Made by a program: the position numbers and the translations under genes
Source of the DNA: Callorhinchus milii
Taxonomy: Eukaryota
Assembly (NCBI RefSeq): GCF_018977255.1
Contig: NW_024705044.1
Location: 1-64,000 of the forward strand
DNA: 64,000 nucleotides
Reading direction: 5' to 3'
In this document: positions 27,701-42,700 of the stretch, piece after piece
Layout of the letters: each line of letters starts with the position of its first letter
Position numbering within the stretch: position 1 is the first letter of the stretch
The notes under the pieces: generated by a model
Database searches by the model: none
Seen by the model: only the letters and a program-made list of their open reading frames with translations
What the model was told of the DNA's origin: nothing

Positions 27701-30700
27701 AGGAGTATCAATCGACAAACCGGAGGATAGCACATTTTGGGATGGAGACGACGGCAAATGCGCTGCTAAGTCCGTATAAGTGACCAGGAGCCCTAGCGTG
27801 AGCGATGCCGAGGCGAACATTTAAACTAGGTCTTATATCGCAGACGGTGGACCGGTTAGATAGAACCGCCTGTCCGGATGGTCGTGGTACTCTTTGTAAG
27901 AATCCGCCGGCACTTTGCTCCCGGTACCCAACTATTTGGCAAAGTGAGCTTGAACTCTGGCCTCGCAATCTGGACAGAACCTCACAAGCTACGCCCTGTT
28001 CATCTGGAACGGATAGGTGAAACCGTGTGTCCCTACCGGCTGGGCTCGCTCTAATATAGCAGAACCTTCCATAAAGTCATCGCGATAGAGTGATAGCTCT
28101 TTAAAAGTAAACTTAAGAGATCATCCTGAACCAGTAGTACTGGGGCCGTCAACCGTTCATGTGTTGGCGTCGATTCTTGAGCCTTTTAAATCCCCGTCCC
28201 TGTCGCGAGATATTTTCCGTGTGGCTTCCGTTGCAAGGGCCCCGGCGAGAGAGTTCACAAGTTTATTCGGTATGTTGCGCAGTCAAGGGCCTCCGGGCAT
28301 ACTGAAACGAATCTGTTCCTGCTAATATACCGCCTACGAAGGGGGTCACGCCAGGCGATTTAAGCGTCAGGTGGTGCTTCACCCGTTCGCGTGCGTATCG
28401 CCCGCTACTCCTTCTGCCCACTTCTCGCGGTATGAACATGTGATCAGAGTTCTGAATTCAGAGACAACTTCCGCAATACTCAACCGGCCTGGCTTCAATT
28501 TCTCGTAGCACGTTCCCTGCTAGGCTTGACTAAGAACGACATGACATACCGGTTTTCGATCCTAATCTGTGTAACGATGCGCTGTCTACCGGAGGGTATT
28601 CGGAACATTTTGTCGGGGGTGACAATCATGGCGTAAACGGATGATGCGATAGGGCTAGAAGCGCGGGCCTATAACGGACGTATCTAGCTGATCATACAGT
28701 AGCCATACGCCCCCTTGTATCAATCCAAAATTCCCTGTTGTTTTGACAACCCAGTGAGGACAAATACCACTTAGCTCGTGATTGCGCACAGGGGCTTACT
28801 GACACCGCGGAGCAGACTGAAGCCTTCGACGGCGATCAACCGAGCGTCAAACCATCACATAGTACATTTATCGTACCGCTCCCGGCTTGCGTCTCGTACT
28901 GTATTAACAACGTTTCGCTGGGGTTATAAGTTGCTATTAACGGAACATGGTAATTCACATCGAAACACACTGATGTAAACGGCACAACGCACACTGTTTT
29001 AGATCCGACCGGGCCCCTTTCGTTCTATGCGGCGAGAGCCAAAATGGCTGCCGTTAGATGATTTCGGGGTGATTTGCATTGCAAGGCACTAATGTATCCA
29101 CTCCGGCATGTATCCACTGACGACTTCCTGGGGAGGGGGTTGTAACTCTGAGAGTGCTCTGGGCCTGTCCTAATTTACGACCGTCTGCAGCTTGTGTTGG
29201 ATTTCACTGTTAAAACATATCGTAACGCAGCGCGGCGTTAGCGGTGCTCAAAGGTTCTCAGTGGCTGCCTGCTTACGCCAGCTATCTTAAGAGTTGTAAT
29301 GGAAGATGGGCTAGAATCGAACCTCGACCGATCCTGGATGATCGCTAGAGGTAAAATTGCACAAATCTAAGACGTTTAAGCTGGCACAGTGTGTTTTTAG
29401 AAATAATACGATATTTAGGTTCCTCACTGACAAAGGAGGATGTCGACAGTATCCCTCTGTACGCTTCTTACTAGTGATAAAACAACTAAAGTGGCTTGCG
29501 TTGATCCAGAATAGACTTATATTTCGTAACCTTTCGCGCAGTCAGCCAGGAGGTTGGAAGAAGAGACGATTTGTACAACTACTAGATCCATTGTTCCAGC
29601 ACCCTGAAGAGGCCTCAGAAACCTGTGCCCTTCCACGACTGGGTACTCGCGCTTTCACTTATCGGCCCAAGGGGTTGGGTATCCCGAAGGAATTCTGTAA
29701 TCCAAACCGCAGGAGGCGCTGGGGCAGACCAGCAAGTCTTCTCCTTCTTCATATGGCTTAGGATTGAATTACACAAAGGACCCTTGGAAATGGTTAATCT
29801 GTATCGTCAGACTGTATCCTTGTGACACTTATGGTCGTCACAGGAATTGCTGAGCCGTGGGGGATTACTATCGATACGCTGTAGGGTCACCAGCGAGGCT
29901 TAGTGCATCGAAGTGCTGCCGATAATAACACTAGCGGGCACTCCCACAACGCTCGAGATGTCGTACAAGTAATATTCATGCAGGTCGGAGATTAGGGCTC
30001 GTCATTTCAAAATCTTGTAAATAAGGCCCACTCCACCAATAGACGCCTTATTTTCCTTAGCCGCGTGGACCTGCGATGTACAGGCACCTCAGCGGCCGCA
30101 CTGAGAGGCGGTGACCCACAGAACATCCTAAGTAATTAGTACGTCTAGACACGGCACGCTAGGATCATGCCAAAACCATGTTTTAGGTCGTAAGAAGCAT
30201 ACAGTTTAGGGGCTGCTGCATAAATGAGCCCGCAAGAAAAGCCACCGGAATGGGAGCATCTCGCTGCCTCAAGCTTCAACGAAAATAGCGTGAAACGTCC
30301 CAAGTTTCTGAAGTCTTAAGGGATGAACCACACCTGGGCCCCAACATGGCTTTGCGCGTGAAAGATATTCGACACCCGATACTCCAGAGAGGTTATCCCT
30401 CCTCGCCATTTAAGTGAGAAGCATTTGTGGGTGGTCCCTACGCCAGTGGTTTTAGATCAAAGTTGAGTTCGACCATTTAACCATGTCGACGATCGTGGGT
30501 AGCCAGGATCTGTCAGTTTTCAAAAGTGGCTGTGTCACAACGGCGACTTGTGGCTACATCCCGTATAACAGGGCTCCATCACGAGCCCTGGGTCAAGCGT
30601 TTTGGTCACTAGGGATAAGTGTAACCCCAGCCTACAAGGGATTAAAATACGCCCGTACATTGTACTTCGCCAAGTGGCGACAGCCCAGCATAGTCTGTCG

Positions 30701-33700
30701 GCAGGGTTCGGAATACAGCGGATACCTCGCGGTACTTCAGTCATAATAGGCCGCTGAGCGTACGCGTCGCTGGCCTGCATGAAGAATCCTCAACCCCCAA
30801 AAAGGGATCTGATCTCAGATCATTGGTATGACAGATCTACAGAGTAGTTATTGTATAGTAGCAAGCCGTGCTTTATGGTCACACCGCGTGTGAGTTTGGC
30901 TCGAGCAGAAAGTGTCCTAATCGAGCTACGGTACGGTCAACGCAACATTACCCTGGAGGTAACAATAGCACATGGAATCGTCCAACGTAATTGGCAAGTT
31001 GCCGACCATTTTTTCTAAGAACGCTGCGGATGGCTGGTCCGGCGACAGCATAATCCGCCTGCATCTGCGCCCAGACCTGCACCCCACTCCAGCACCCACT
31101 CGATGTCCTAGACGGAATAAATATCCCATCGTTCTGCGATCAGGGCAAGTTCAATGCACGGAATTTCCAACCCTCCGCCTCCAGTCGACCATTGGCCGCA
31201 CTTGAATAAGCCTCTGGCTATGTACAACTCAATCAACAGAGTGAGTCGGGGGTTATTACCGCCTAAATTCGAGTGCAAACCCTTTTCGGGCAGCTTGAAT
31301 CTAGAAAGATACCTGGACGCCATTAAAGTCGATATCTGTAGCAGGTGGACGTTTATTAATACCATGCCCAGTTATACCGGACGCAGTAGCGCACCTCGGA
31401 GTGCAGGAGACGTTGGCAGCCATCAGCGCAGGGTTTGGTCGCAATAATCCAACTCGGCTGGCTAGGCATCGTTGATTCGCACGATCGAAAAATGCGCTGT
31501 GGTCTTTTTTCGACTGCGAGTCTTGAGGCGTCTGTACTATGTCCAGTATCTTTCAACAGGCTCAAGCGGAGTGGAAACCACAAGCTATGAGCCCGCAAAC
31601 ACATTGAAAAGAACCACCTTTATTCGGTGATGGATCTTGTTCGGAATAGTAACTTGTAACAACCATTGTAGGGCTGTGCCGGAACACATTAATGCTGTTG
31701 TACCCAACACCTCCGTACACTACTATGGATTCGTCCAAGCCCAGAACAGCCTGGAGTGGAGACCGAGCTATGGGGGGCGATGGGATCCCGCCGGTTTGAC
31801 GTATAATGAGGCCCTTAAATCGTCGATATATTCTGAAACCCTTCTGCTATGACAACCACTCGAAAGTTAACCCTTCCATGACTCCTGACGCGTAGGCTAT
31901 AAGGTTTCGGAGCTTCCGAAAATAGACTTATTAATGCCGCAGATACAGATCTAGGATCTGTCGGGTGTGTATTCGATGTCCCACTCTCTCTCACGTGGCG
32001 TTGTTCAGATGGTATATAGGGTACAGCACAACCTCATTGTTGCTATAATTAAAGAATAAGTACCATAAGGAAGTCTATACTGGGCTTCGTGCACCCGCAT
32101 GAATTAGGCGTGCAGTTTAAGGCTAAGTCACCAATGACCCTGGCTGACAGGTTAAAAGCTCCCAGACAATATCATTGTTATCGGAGGTATGTCTCGACGT
32201 CGCGCACCTCATGCAATCCGTGCGAGAGCGGCCACTTCTGCTGGGGAATTGACTCAGGATCGTACGCATGACGTCTTGAATCGGATGCTAAGGGCAACCA
32301 GGCGTTGCGCCAGACGAGGTCGATTATCGAGCAAGTCGGATCTGATCGTTTAATGCTCTGTGGCACGCGATGCCTTAATTATGCGGGCTCTACTTAGACT
32401 GATGATTGCAGGTCCGGGCCAGGTGCATCATCTCAAGCCGGCTAGAGAGATTTAGGTAGAAGGATGAAGGTCTTTGGACCCAGGTTATTACGCGTCAGTG
32501 GGCCGGTGCCGAATACCTTTCTTGGGTTGGCTGACAAAGGACAAGGTTGTACGATATTTCAACGCTCTACTTTAACACAGCCCAAAAGGGCGGGTAGCGC
32601 GAAGTGCACTATGGCTGAAGCCATTACAGGGACAAAACCGTGCCCTGATAACCAGTCTCTGCCGAGTTCTAAATACGGAGTGAGTAAATGCGACGTTGCG
32701 TCTCAGTTTCACAGTTAAACCCGAGAAAGGACGACATTGGGCGACCCTCCTTCCCATAAACCACTTTGCAAATAAATAGATTTATAGCGAGAGAGTTGTG
32801 CTGTCGTGGCGCTTTTGGAAACCCTAAACAAAAGGTGGCCCAGCGTACTCCGAGGTTGTACCCCGGGCCTAAGCTTGAGATACCACCGCGTAGAGTCCGC
32901 TGCGGAGACGCCGACTACCCTGGGACGTACAGGAGGGTCCCGCCCCATGGGGCATCAGTCGATTAAACAGCTCGAGAGAGTTTATGCGCTGGTTTGGACT
33001 AGTCGTGCAAGCTTATTTATTGAGAGCTATAACGTTAGAGGTCTCCACGATATTGTTCGAGTAACTACGAGATACTATTGGTGACTAAGATGAGACCATA
33101 ATTACTAACGTCCCACCGAAGAGTTAAAAGTAGCTTGGTTCCCTAGATGGCAGAACCGTTAAATTTAGACAAGCAGACATCCTTAGTGTGCCTATGCGGC
33201 TATACATCTATTGTTGACGGCCTCCTGTCACGTAACCCTAAGCGCATGACCAATTTTTCGGCATGAAGTAGTCGCTAAGAGAAGCTGACCTAGAGTGCAA
33301 GCCAGAGTTCGGAAGTCTCGTAATATCTCAACGTGTTACATCGGTTTTTCCAAACACGCCCGTCGTACATCGGGCAAAGGACTGTAACCAACTCACGAAC
33401 GCAGCATAAGAACCGTTAACCTCATTACACCAGGGGAACGATAACGCACCTACCCAGTGTTTCAGATGTATCGTCCTGACGTAATTATAGTCATGTGTAG
33501 GAAGTTTCTTCCATAAAGTCAAGTTATTTTCCTTACGCATGCGTACTGATGGGACGAGGCGAACTGGTTATACAGGATGCTTCCGGGGGTTAATCCTTTA
33601 TGAGAAGTGAATAGGCAAATGGCAATATTGAATATAGAATGGGGCCAAACCACTTTGGCAGCCCGGGTCCGTATGAGCTCGTACTACGCGAGTTAACATA

Positions 33701-36700
33701 TAGTATACCTGGAGAAAGCGGTCTGAAACCAAATGATAACTGCACTTACCACAGTCAAGTGTTGCTCACAGTGCTTGGGCAGCTTTTTCAAGCGCGTATA
33801 CAGTATAACGTGTAGAAAGGACAGCTAGACGAAGCCTAGAAAGGATCGGACAGCGGATGTAATTGGATCCTGTCTTAAAAGGATTGACATGGTCCGCGTT
33901 TGTAAGCGTCACTCCACCAAGTTAACTAACTAAAAAAAGGGGAAGCAAAGAATCTTTCATTAGGTACCGATATTCTCTCGCCGCGGGCTACCTCCCGCGC
34001 TAAGGTCACTCATGCGCCCGTTGTTTCCTTGCTCGTGCCCGCAAGAAGATTGGGGGCTGGCATTTATGAGTCCCCTTTTAGAATCGGGAAAGTCGCACCA
34101 GCTTCTGTTGTTAAAACGAGCTGTATACGCGCAGCCAGCATGTAGACACAGGTGGTTCTCTCCTCTACAGTATACTCAGAGCCGACATCGTAGCCCAATA
34201 GCCCACTGGCCGGCCTGTATCACCATCACGTAGGCATAAAAGAGTACTGAGTAATACCCGACAATTCGGTTGAGATGTGGGCCGGCGATAGAGTGGGCAC
34301 AGTCTGTGCCTTTTATCACCTCCAACGTGAATACAACTATATTCTGTACACAAAGGAATTTAACTGCCAGAATATCTTATGTGTAAATAAGGGACACGCC
34401 CCGGCTCCAATCCCTAAGGACATGAGGTACGCTTGGTTCCGGTAGCTCCCTCGGCGGAGCCGGAGTCTTCGTTTAGTTGGCAAGATGGTTCGTCATAAAG
34501 CCTTCGAGGTTGTCACCGGGTCTTGCGAGGCGCTATGCAATATTAGCTGACGGCATCGCGTTCAACCTGATGGACCACTGCTTGTAAGAAGCAGTATTGC
34601 GTTGAACCCCCCATATGTTACTCGTGTGGGGCCCCAAGGAACCCCCAGGAGGATATAGACCGTTGCTTACGAAATAGAGGTAGAGTCACATGCGCGTGGG
34701 AGGTAATGTAAAGGTAATGATCTGCGTCTGGAAATGTTGGTATTGGGTGCGGAGGCCACGAGTCAGGGTGTCATAAACCCGCTGGGCAGGAGAGGTAACG
34801 TAGTACGTCGTGACATTCCGGGAATAGGCAGGCTGAGATGGTGTGGGTTCCGCTTGTTTATTATTGGCTCCACGGTCGCACCCCCCCTACTCACGAGACC
34901 TGCCTTATACCGAGAGGAGACGCCATTTGGCCGGTACTCGCGGTTCACACTATCAGATGCCCTATCGGAGGGGGCGGTACACTCTGAATAATAGATGTAG
35001 TTCTTTCTAGCATGTTGTCAAGGAAGGCATATGTGCCTACCTATTAGGTAGTAAGTGTCATACAGGGGTGGGGTGTACCCACAGGCGAAAGACCTACGCT
35101 CCAACCAAGCTAATACGGCACTCTGAAATACGGACCAACCCCTCGGCAGCGGCGCGGGGGTGAACTGTTCAGCATCTGTGCTGAACATCATAGGGTGGTC
35201 ACTGTCGCATGTGTGTCTAGGTAGCCCCGGTCCCATCCCGACTAGTCTAAATCAGTACCGATGAGAGCCCGCGATAGCGGGTGGAATACGGAGACTGCAG
35301 ACAGTGGAACCTGGCAGGGCTCGTGTTCAGGATAAGCAGGTTATAGGGATGATATGCGAGGCAGAACTTGTGAATTCTTATAGTAGCCATGGGGCTTGAC
35401 TGACTCAGCTGATGAATTATCCCCGGTGTCCTGAATGGGTAGAGGGCAGCCATACATTCGTGATGGCGAATTCTGGAGCTCGACACAAATATACTACTGC
35501 CAGTGGTATAGAATGTGCGGTTAAAACCCGGCCAATTCATGGACACCTGCTGTCATCAGTTCGGGGGTTACTACCGAACTCTCACACTGTTCGATAGGCG
35601 CGATGTCCGGCCGGGCTACTGGAAGTTCTATCCTGTATACTCTGGGGGTGGGGTCGGTCGCGAGCGACATTAGCTTGTATACTGTTCCTTGCCACTACTT
35701 GCATAGAGCCTAGATAGAGAGCGCCCGGCTTAACTACGTAGTGAGACCCTTTGAATATTCTCTTCTGTTAGCGCTATAGACTAAAAGTGTGACGTTAAAT
35801 CATCGAGAGCTTCCGGTGATGACTGTATCAGGATCTGTAAATGACTGCACGAGTACCGTCACGACGTATCCCGAAGGCCTTGATTGTTCCGGGCTCGTGG
35901 TAGCTGAAAACACGTTTACCAAGATTTGCCCAATTTTGAAGTATTGTAATACACACCTGCTCGCGTACAGAAATTTCATGAGCGATACCGACTAGGCCAC
36001 GACTCTGTGGGATATACGTATCTACCTGATAGCGTTCTCTACTATGATCGTGGTGATGGATTCGTTTACTGATCCTTCAAAACTTTTGAAGCCTCCGCCT
36101 GGAGATCGGCTTCCAGCTTCCTGCCTATTATCAGGCCGGTGGACACAATCCCTGGCGTAATTGAGTCCCAGCGGAACTTCGCTATAAACAATAAGTACAG
36201 TCATAGGCTTAAGTATCATAACTCGGACACAGTATGTCAATAGTCTCGTGATCCTCCCCACATGTCAATGAGCATCATTGTCTCTCGTTGAAGGAGATTA
36301 AAAGTCCAGACTCATGTTACTTCTGCCACGTCGATCAGTGCTATACGGGACCAAAGACTTCGCACTCGAATTTTCCTTGAGTCGTTTCCTTGCTGCCCAT
36401 TTTGTGATACTCGCGGTGTAGGGATCCTCCGACACTCTTCGCTTTGTAGGCGTGCCTACACGACCCCGCACCAAATGGACGCTGGCTGATGGGACTAAGG
36501 GCCCCTTTGCCTTGCGCGGGGAGTGTCACACCCAAATCAGCTCCTAACGACACGATGGCCTCGACAGATGTATGACGTCAAAAACTACTGATGCAGGGCC
36601 TGTTGGTCTAGAGCCTCTGGGCGTAACCAACGGTCCCGTGGGGACTTGTATTTAATAACCTGAATGGCCGACGCTGAACTATAACGTACCGATACTCAAA

Positions 36701-39700
36701 TCACGCCTACGGCTCACCGAATCCCCTTAGCATCAATAGTGAGAGAAGTGAGGCTCATACCCCCCTCCTCCACATCCGCTAATGAAGTACGTCCGTATCA
36801 GTTAAATATCCATTATCATGTAATACCTTCACCCTGGGAGGGGCACACGAAATTCTCAAGAGATGTTTGCAGTTTGGCCAAGGTTGTCTCTTGTGGTTAT
36901 TCGTCTGTTAACTGTCAGAACGTCCGGTGATTAAGGGTAACTGGACACCAATCGCTTTGTTTTACACCTAAAGGTATAAGAGGCATCCGAGGGCGCACGG
37001 ATGCAACGTCACGCCGATCAATTGCTTTACACTATACACCCGACTTCTTAACTGTTGATGGGGGTATGCCATCTTGAGTGTAGGAAGCTGGAGGGTCGTC
37101 TCCCAACTTGGCCGGGAATAAAATGCTTGGCGCCAAGAACAGTCATCGCTCAGGATCTTCCTCTTATTATCAAAGGGCAGGCGGAACACTACTCGAGGGA
37201 AGCACCCGCCTCCCTATCCACAGCTTGTTACATTCATTTGAAGGTCATTAAATCGATCTGTGCGCCACCCCTGCGCATTTCTGTATCGCTAGGGCCGTGC
37301 GGTGTCCCAGACGTGACGAACCTCTCACTTATACCGACGAAAGGTTGTCATTGTCTTACATTGTAACCTAATCGCCCCGTCCCACCAACAATGCTTTTCC
37401 GAAACTATTCAGTGTCGCAGAGCCAGCTGTAGAGTCCGGCCAAGCGTTCAGGGGTCCCCAGTACACTTCCGGATTAGTCTCGCAGTGACCCCTCCACGAC
37501 ACCCGAATGTAATCAAGATAGCGTGCGTGCGATCCTCCCCAAGGCGGATGTGTTGGTAGAGTCGTACGATTGTGATTACAACTTGCACCGGACCGGCCGC
37601 ATATGAATGGTCGATCGACTTTGCATGCAGACATTCCCGGGAGCCGGTAATTGACTCCGGGGGGTATGAAGCTCACCGGATAGGAAGCAAAACCAGCGGA
37701 ACCAAATATTCATGTCAGATCATGGGGAATGCGGGTCTGAACTACGCAGAGTAGACGTTTAGTAGTATTCATTATCGAGAACCCGGTAAGAATGGCACCT
37801 TCGATGTGTTTCCTTGTAAGGATACCAGACCTTCTTTATCTCTATCTCTTAGGAAAAGTTGTATGCCCTGGATACCTAGGGCAGGCCAGCCATAGGAGGA
37901 CCCGTATCGTTCAGTACAGCGACCGATAGAATTGTTACTATCGCAGGATTCGTGCACAAGAGGACCAGCGTGAGGAGTGGGCTCCCAGATCATATTGTCG
38001 ATGAAGAAGCGGCTTGAGGGTGCTATGAGTGAAATAAGAAGCTACTAGAAGCCAGGAAGAGAGCTCTCCGTAAGGTTGTGAAGGGATCCTCTATCACACA
38101 CCGACGGCAGGTGGGATGATCTGAGATTTATAACGGACGTGAGACGAGTATACTAAGTCATTATGATGGCTGGCATTAACCCTAATAGTAACATCCACAG
38201 ACAACTACCTGTTTGGCCGCTTATGCGTACATCGCCCGATTTTGCTTGGATATCGTCGTTTTAGGAAGCATTCTTCTTTAGTGAGGTAGCGTTCAACAGA
38301 GATCTGTCCCGGTCACTACAGACGACGTCACAATTACCGGTTCGACACATTTATCAATCAAATCTCGACGTCATTTATGTCCTCTGATTTACTGATCCTT
38401 GTACCTCGACCGGTAAGCCGTGATCAGCCCGATATTCCCAGAAACAACCATCAAGGCAAGAGTAAGGGTCGAACGGAACTCCAGTGAACGGCCCCCGGCT
38501 CGGAGGCATGCTTATCTAAAGTCCCTCTTAAGACACAAGTCAGTGTGTGATCATCCAATTTACCCCCCTGTACCAAAAGAAGAGGACCACAGAGGATAAA
38601 TAAACAGGAGCCGACGGTCTGATTAATACCCAGGTTAGCCCGTTTTCTGCCGCGCGGTGTTCTTTCAATGTGGTCTTAAAGTGCGTGGTTATACGTTCCT
38701 AGCAGTATCGCCGGAGTGCTCCTGGCCAGTCAGTGGATGTTCTAGATCGAGGTTGCTGGTCACCGCAAAATATACCGATGACCAATTACTGTTGCTATGG
38801 GCACAGCGATGAGGTGGGGAAATGCCCTAGCGACCGTCCAAGGGAAAAAAAATATAGGCTTGTCAAAGGCCGGTAATAAGGGTGTATAGCTAACACTCAG
38901 TGCCCTCGCCGAGGCGATTGAGGGACTTTCGAGCACACCTGCCCTCAGGACACTCGACTTTAGCCCCAGCGTGAACCACGCATTAGCAACTTTAAGAGAG
39001 TTAATGCACGGGAGTAATACCGGGGCGGGTTCATAAAGCGAGTGCCATGCTAGATGACCCGAAGCTTTCCAAATTGGCCTGCACGAATAGGTCTGTGGCG
39101 GCCCACTTGGTCGCGAGCCATACTTCCGGAGCCGAGGTACAGGATTGGTTTGACGCTCGGGTAGCTCCATTACAAACTATACACACTCTGTGAATGCCTC
39201 CTATACTGACTCATCAAACATTGCCCTATTCACGATTATTGAAACTAGATCCGGGTGAGGTGGAGGCAGTGACTCTGCTTCCACGCAAGGGGTTCATCTG
39301 CGATTTATATCTACTGAGGACGCAAGGCGGCATAGATGAGACTACAATGAGGAGCGTTCATCGCGCACAGTCCAAATGGATACACTTACATCGCAATGTT
39401 GGCCAACACTGGCGAACCGACTGACTTTGTGCCGCTCAGCACCGGGCTGCTCAGTCAGGAGGACATTACCGGTAGGGCTATATTGATCCGACGGGATAGT
39501 TTCTGAACTGATGGATAGACTATAAGGATATCTGAGCGAATCCTGAGCTCTTCTAGCATGCGACGCGAGGCAGCAGAGGATGAACGGCATATAATGGAGA
39601 AAGAACGGTCCATTGCGGAAGTTACTGCAATACCTGTCTCAAATTGCCGCTACTAGTTTACATGTGCTGGGGGAGAGCTGTCGCTTCTATTGATCGAAAA

Positions 39701-42700
39701 ATCGTTGTCACTACGCTGAGGCGCTAACAGGGAATCAACACAATGACCAAGGCGTCGTGAATGCCATCGCCATGGCGTCGACGGGTCACATATCGGGGAC
39801 ATAAATTCCCCCAACTATGACTTGTAATTACTTTCATTTAGCCTACCCTTGGGATGAGTGCGTGTCTCAATTGTAAAACATTTTCAGAGCATTTCGGTCG
39901 ACGTCTCATATCGTGCTGATTGGATGTCTCAGGAGGCGCTGACAGTGCAGGATACGTCATTCAGGATAGTCGCGTGCGGCCTGAGCTGATCTATGCATTT
40001 AACTTGCGCAACTTGGTTCATAGGGTAAGGACGGGCTTCGACTGGCTGAATCCCTAAATATGCAGTGCAGCCCGTCGCCGAGCAGACGCCGACTGCTGGA
40101 ACAACATTAATCTCCTTTGGGTATCAGCCATACGGAATATCACAAGGCCAGTGTTCGCTGGGAGTTCTCTCACCTAATTGTTATCCTACTCCAGTCTTAG
40201 AGTGACACGTTGGAAGATTAACTTAGCCTAGCTTAGAGACGCCCGGCCTTACCGTCATCTACTCGCTTACTTAGATTGCGGGCTATTATGTAATTACACA
40301 AAAGTATGACGAATGCTTGGGAAAGATTTCCACGGCGACCTCTTAACAAGAGTCACATTCTCTCTGTCAAACCCGCTGACGCGAAGCCTCCTACTTGCAA
40401 AGGTGAACTCCTATCTACTTGTCGCTGGGTAGGTAAACACGGTGGGCCTTCGGGTTTGCCTGTGGTATCGGTACTTAGCGCGAAGAAAGTCAGGGGCGAG
40501 TAGATACCGGTAAGGTTGTTGTGGCGTAATCTAGTCAGACCAGTCTATGAGGGAACCGTATGAGCGTTTCAAACCTTGCCGTTCGAACCTGCGGGTAGCG
40601 CAATCATGGCTTTGCTACAATGAGGGTAGTTTCCCTGTGCCTGGTGGGTTCTACTCAAACCTGCTATGGGCATTTCTTCTCGAGCTTTACGGCGGAGTAG
40701 GCTAGTAATGACCCGTTGACATCATCTAATGTGAGGCACCTCGGACCGCTGCGCCGCTGCGTGCGGCTGTGAGCTGAGTTTAGACTAGCTTTTAACACCC
40801 GCAAACATTGTATCTCAACGCGGTCGTCGTTAGTTCATTCTCTGAACCGGGCTGGAAGCTAGAAATAAAGATGGGGGTCAGTGGCGAGCTCGTAACCATA
40901 TGTAATGGCGCGGTCAAACAATCGTCGTCGAGACATCACCACCATTTGTCGTATAATAGAGGATAATGAATACCCGCAGCCGCCGGTGATCGCGCCTCGT
41001 GCACGTACGGGACATCACACGTCCGTCAGTCCTGCGATGCTACGCAGGTCATTGTTCGGGCATCCTTGCTTGGCTGCCAGTACAGTGCAAATTAGTTGGT
41101 TCTAAGGGACGCAGTCGCATGGCGGAGGTACCCGTGTGGAAGGAAGATACAGTTTACAGTTACACCAGCTGTGTGCCCTGAGAGGACCTAAAGCACATTC
41201 CATTCTTACCCCTGGATACGGTTAGGAGTTGAACAACCCCCCCGATGCAGCGCCCCAGCCGCGTAATCAAATACGTGGACTAGTCTTCAAGTATGCAGTA
41301 TGTCAAGTAAGCCCGTTCAGTCGATATGACTGAACGCGCGATAACGGCGGGTAGGTCGCATAATCTAAAAGCCAAGACAACAAACTCAATGAATGCATTA
41401 TAAATAGTTCCTACCTCCAGTCTGTGAGACGCGAGAGAGGGATCGATCTTTCTATTAATTAATCCGCTAAACCGATCAGCGCTGGCTCATCAGCGGGCAA
41501 GAGAACGTTCCTCCAATTCTCGTATTAGAACAGTGAAGATGAGGTCGGTGGAGTTTTCTCCAGGAAAGCTGGAACACCCCTAGAATAACGGGAGCCTAGA
41601 GCTACCTACTCACTGGATAAATAGCAGCTGGCATCTGGCGGTGTTAGTAGATCGCTCACCGTACATCGCATGCGAGCAAGAGCTAAGGGAAACCGGTACC
41701 GAAATATTTCCGCCTTCGATTAGGCTACGTGCCCTCATAGGGTCGACAATGGCTTAGTTTTGACCTAGCAGAAAGGTTAGTGACAAATAAGGTGCCCTCG
41801 TGCACCTCTGTTTATAATAGGTTGTGTCGTGGTCGTAAGTCTGTCCCATATACCACGGAGGTAAACGTATCGATAGATATCTCTACGATTCGGCGCAGCC
41901 TTTGCGATTATGTCGACATTGGCTCGGGCTGGGTTCCCTAAAAAATGACTCTCACGCCGAGCTTGCGGGCCTGCTGTGCCCGATTAGTTAGTATTGACCA
42001 AGCAGCCCTATTTTGACACAAGAATCTCTTGACTGAGCTAAAAAATTAACATTTTCTATGTGTGGAAGGAAGCCGATTTTACGATGCCGTGGTGGTGTAT
42101 GAAATTCAATCTTTAGATCACTTAACCATTCGAGCTCACTACCCAGTACCCTTAGTTGAGTAGTTATGTCATAATCTGGTGAACTGACGTTCCAAACATT
42201 CTGTATATATCAACTTCATATTTACTAGACGAACGATAAAACCTATTCTCACACGGAGCTCTTGAAGCTTTTATTCGCTGAGTCACAATGCCACGCATCC
42301 ATACATATCCATTACCCATACGTTATGAGGTAGACTTATGTCGTTGGTGCTCGGCTAACCTTTTGGAAGTCCGTATGGTTGTGTAGATCCGCACCGCCCA
42401 CGTTCAGCACCTATTTAAGCCTTGACCATACCTCGCTTAAGCAAGAGAGCTAGAACGGAGGCAAAAGGGCATACTGTAAGTGTGGGGCCTTAACTACACA
42501 GCCTGACGCCGTCTGGTACGAACTGAGGCAGGTCGCCTAGTCTAACCCCTGAGCCGTCGGTGCGGAGAATTCAAATTGATCAACGCCCCGGTAATCACAA
42601 AGAAAATACGGGGATAACACAGACTGGATTTCGGGATTACAAACCTAGCCCATAGCATTGGCAAGTGTATACCCACCGGGCCAACGCCATTTAGTCAACT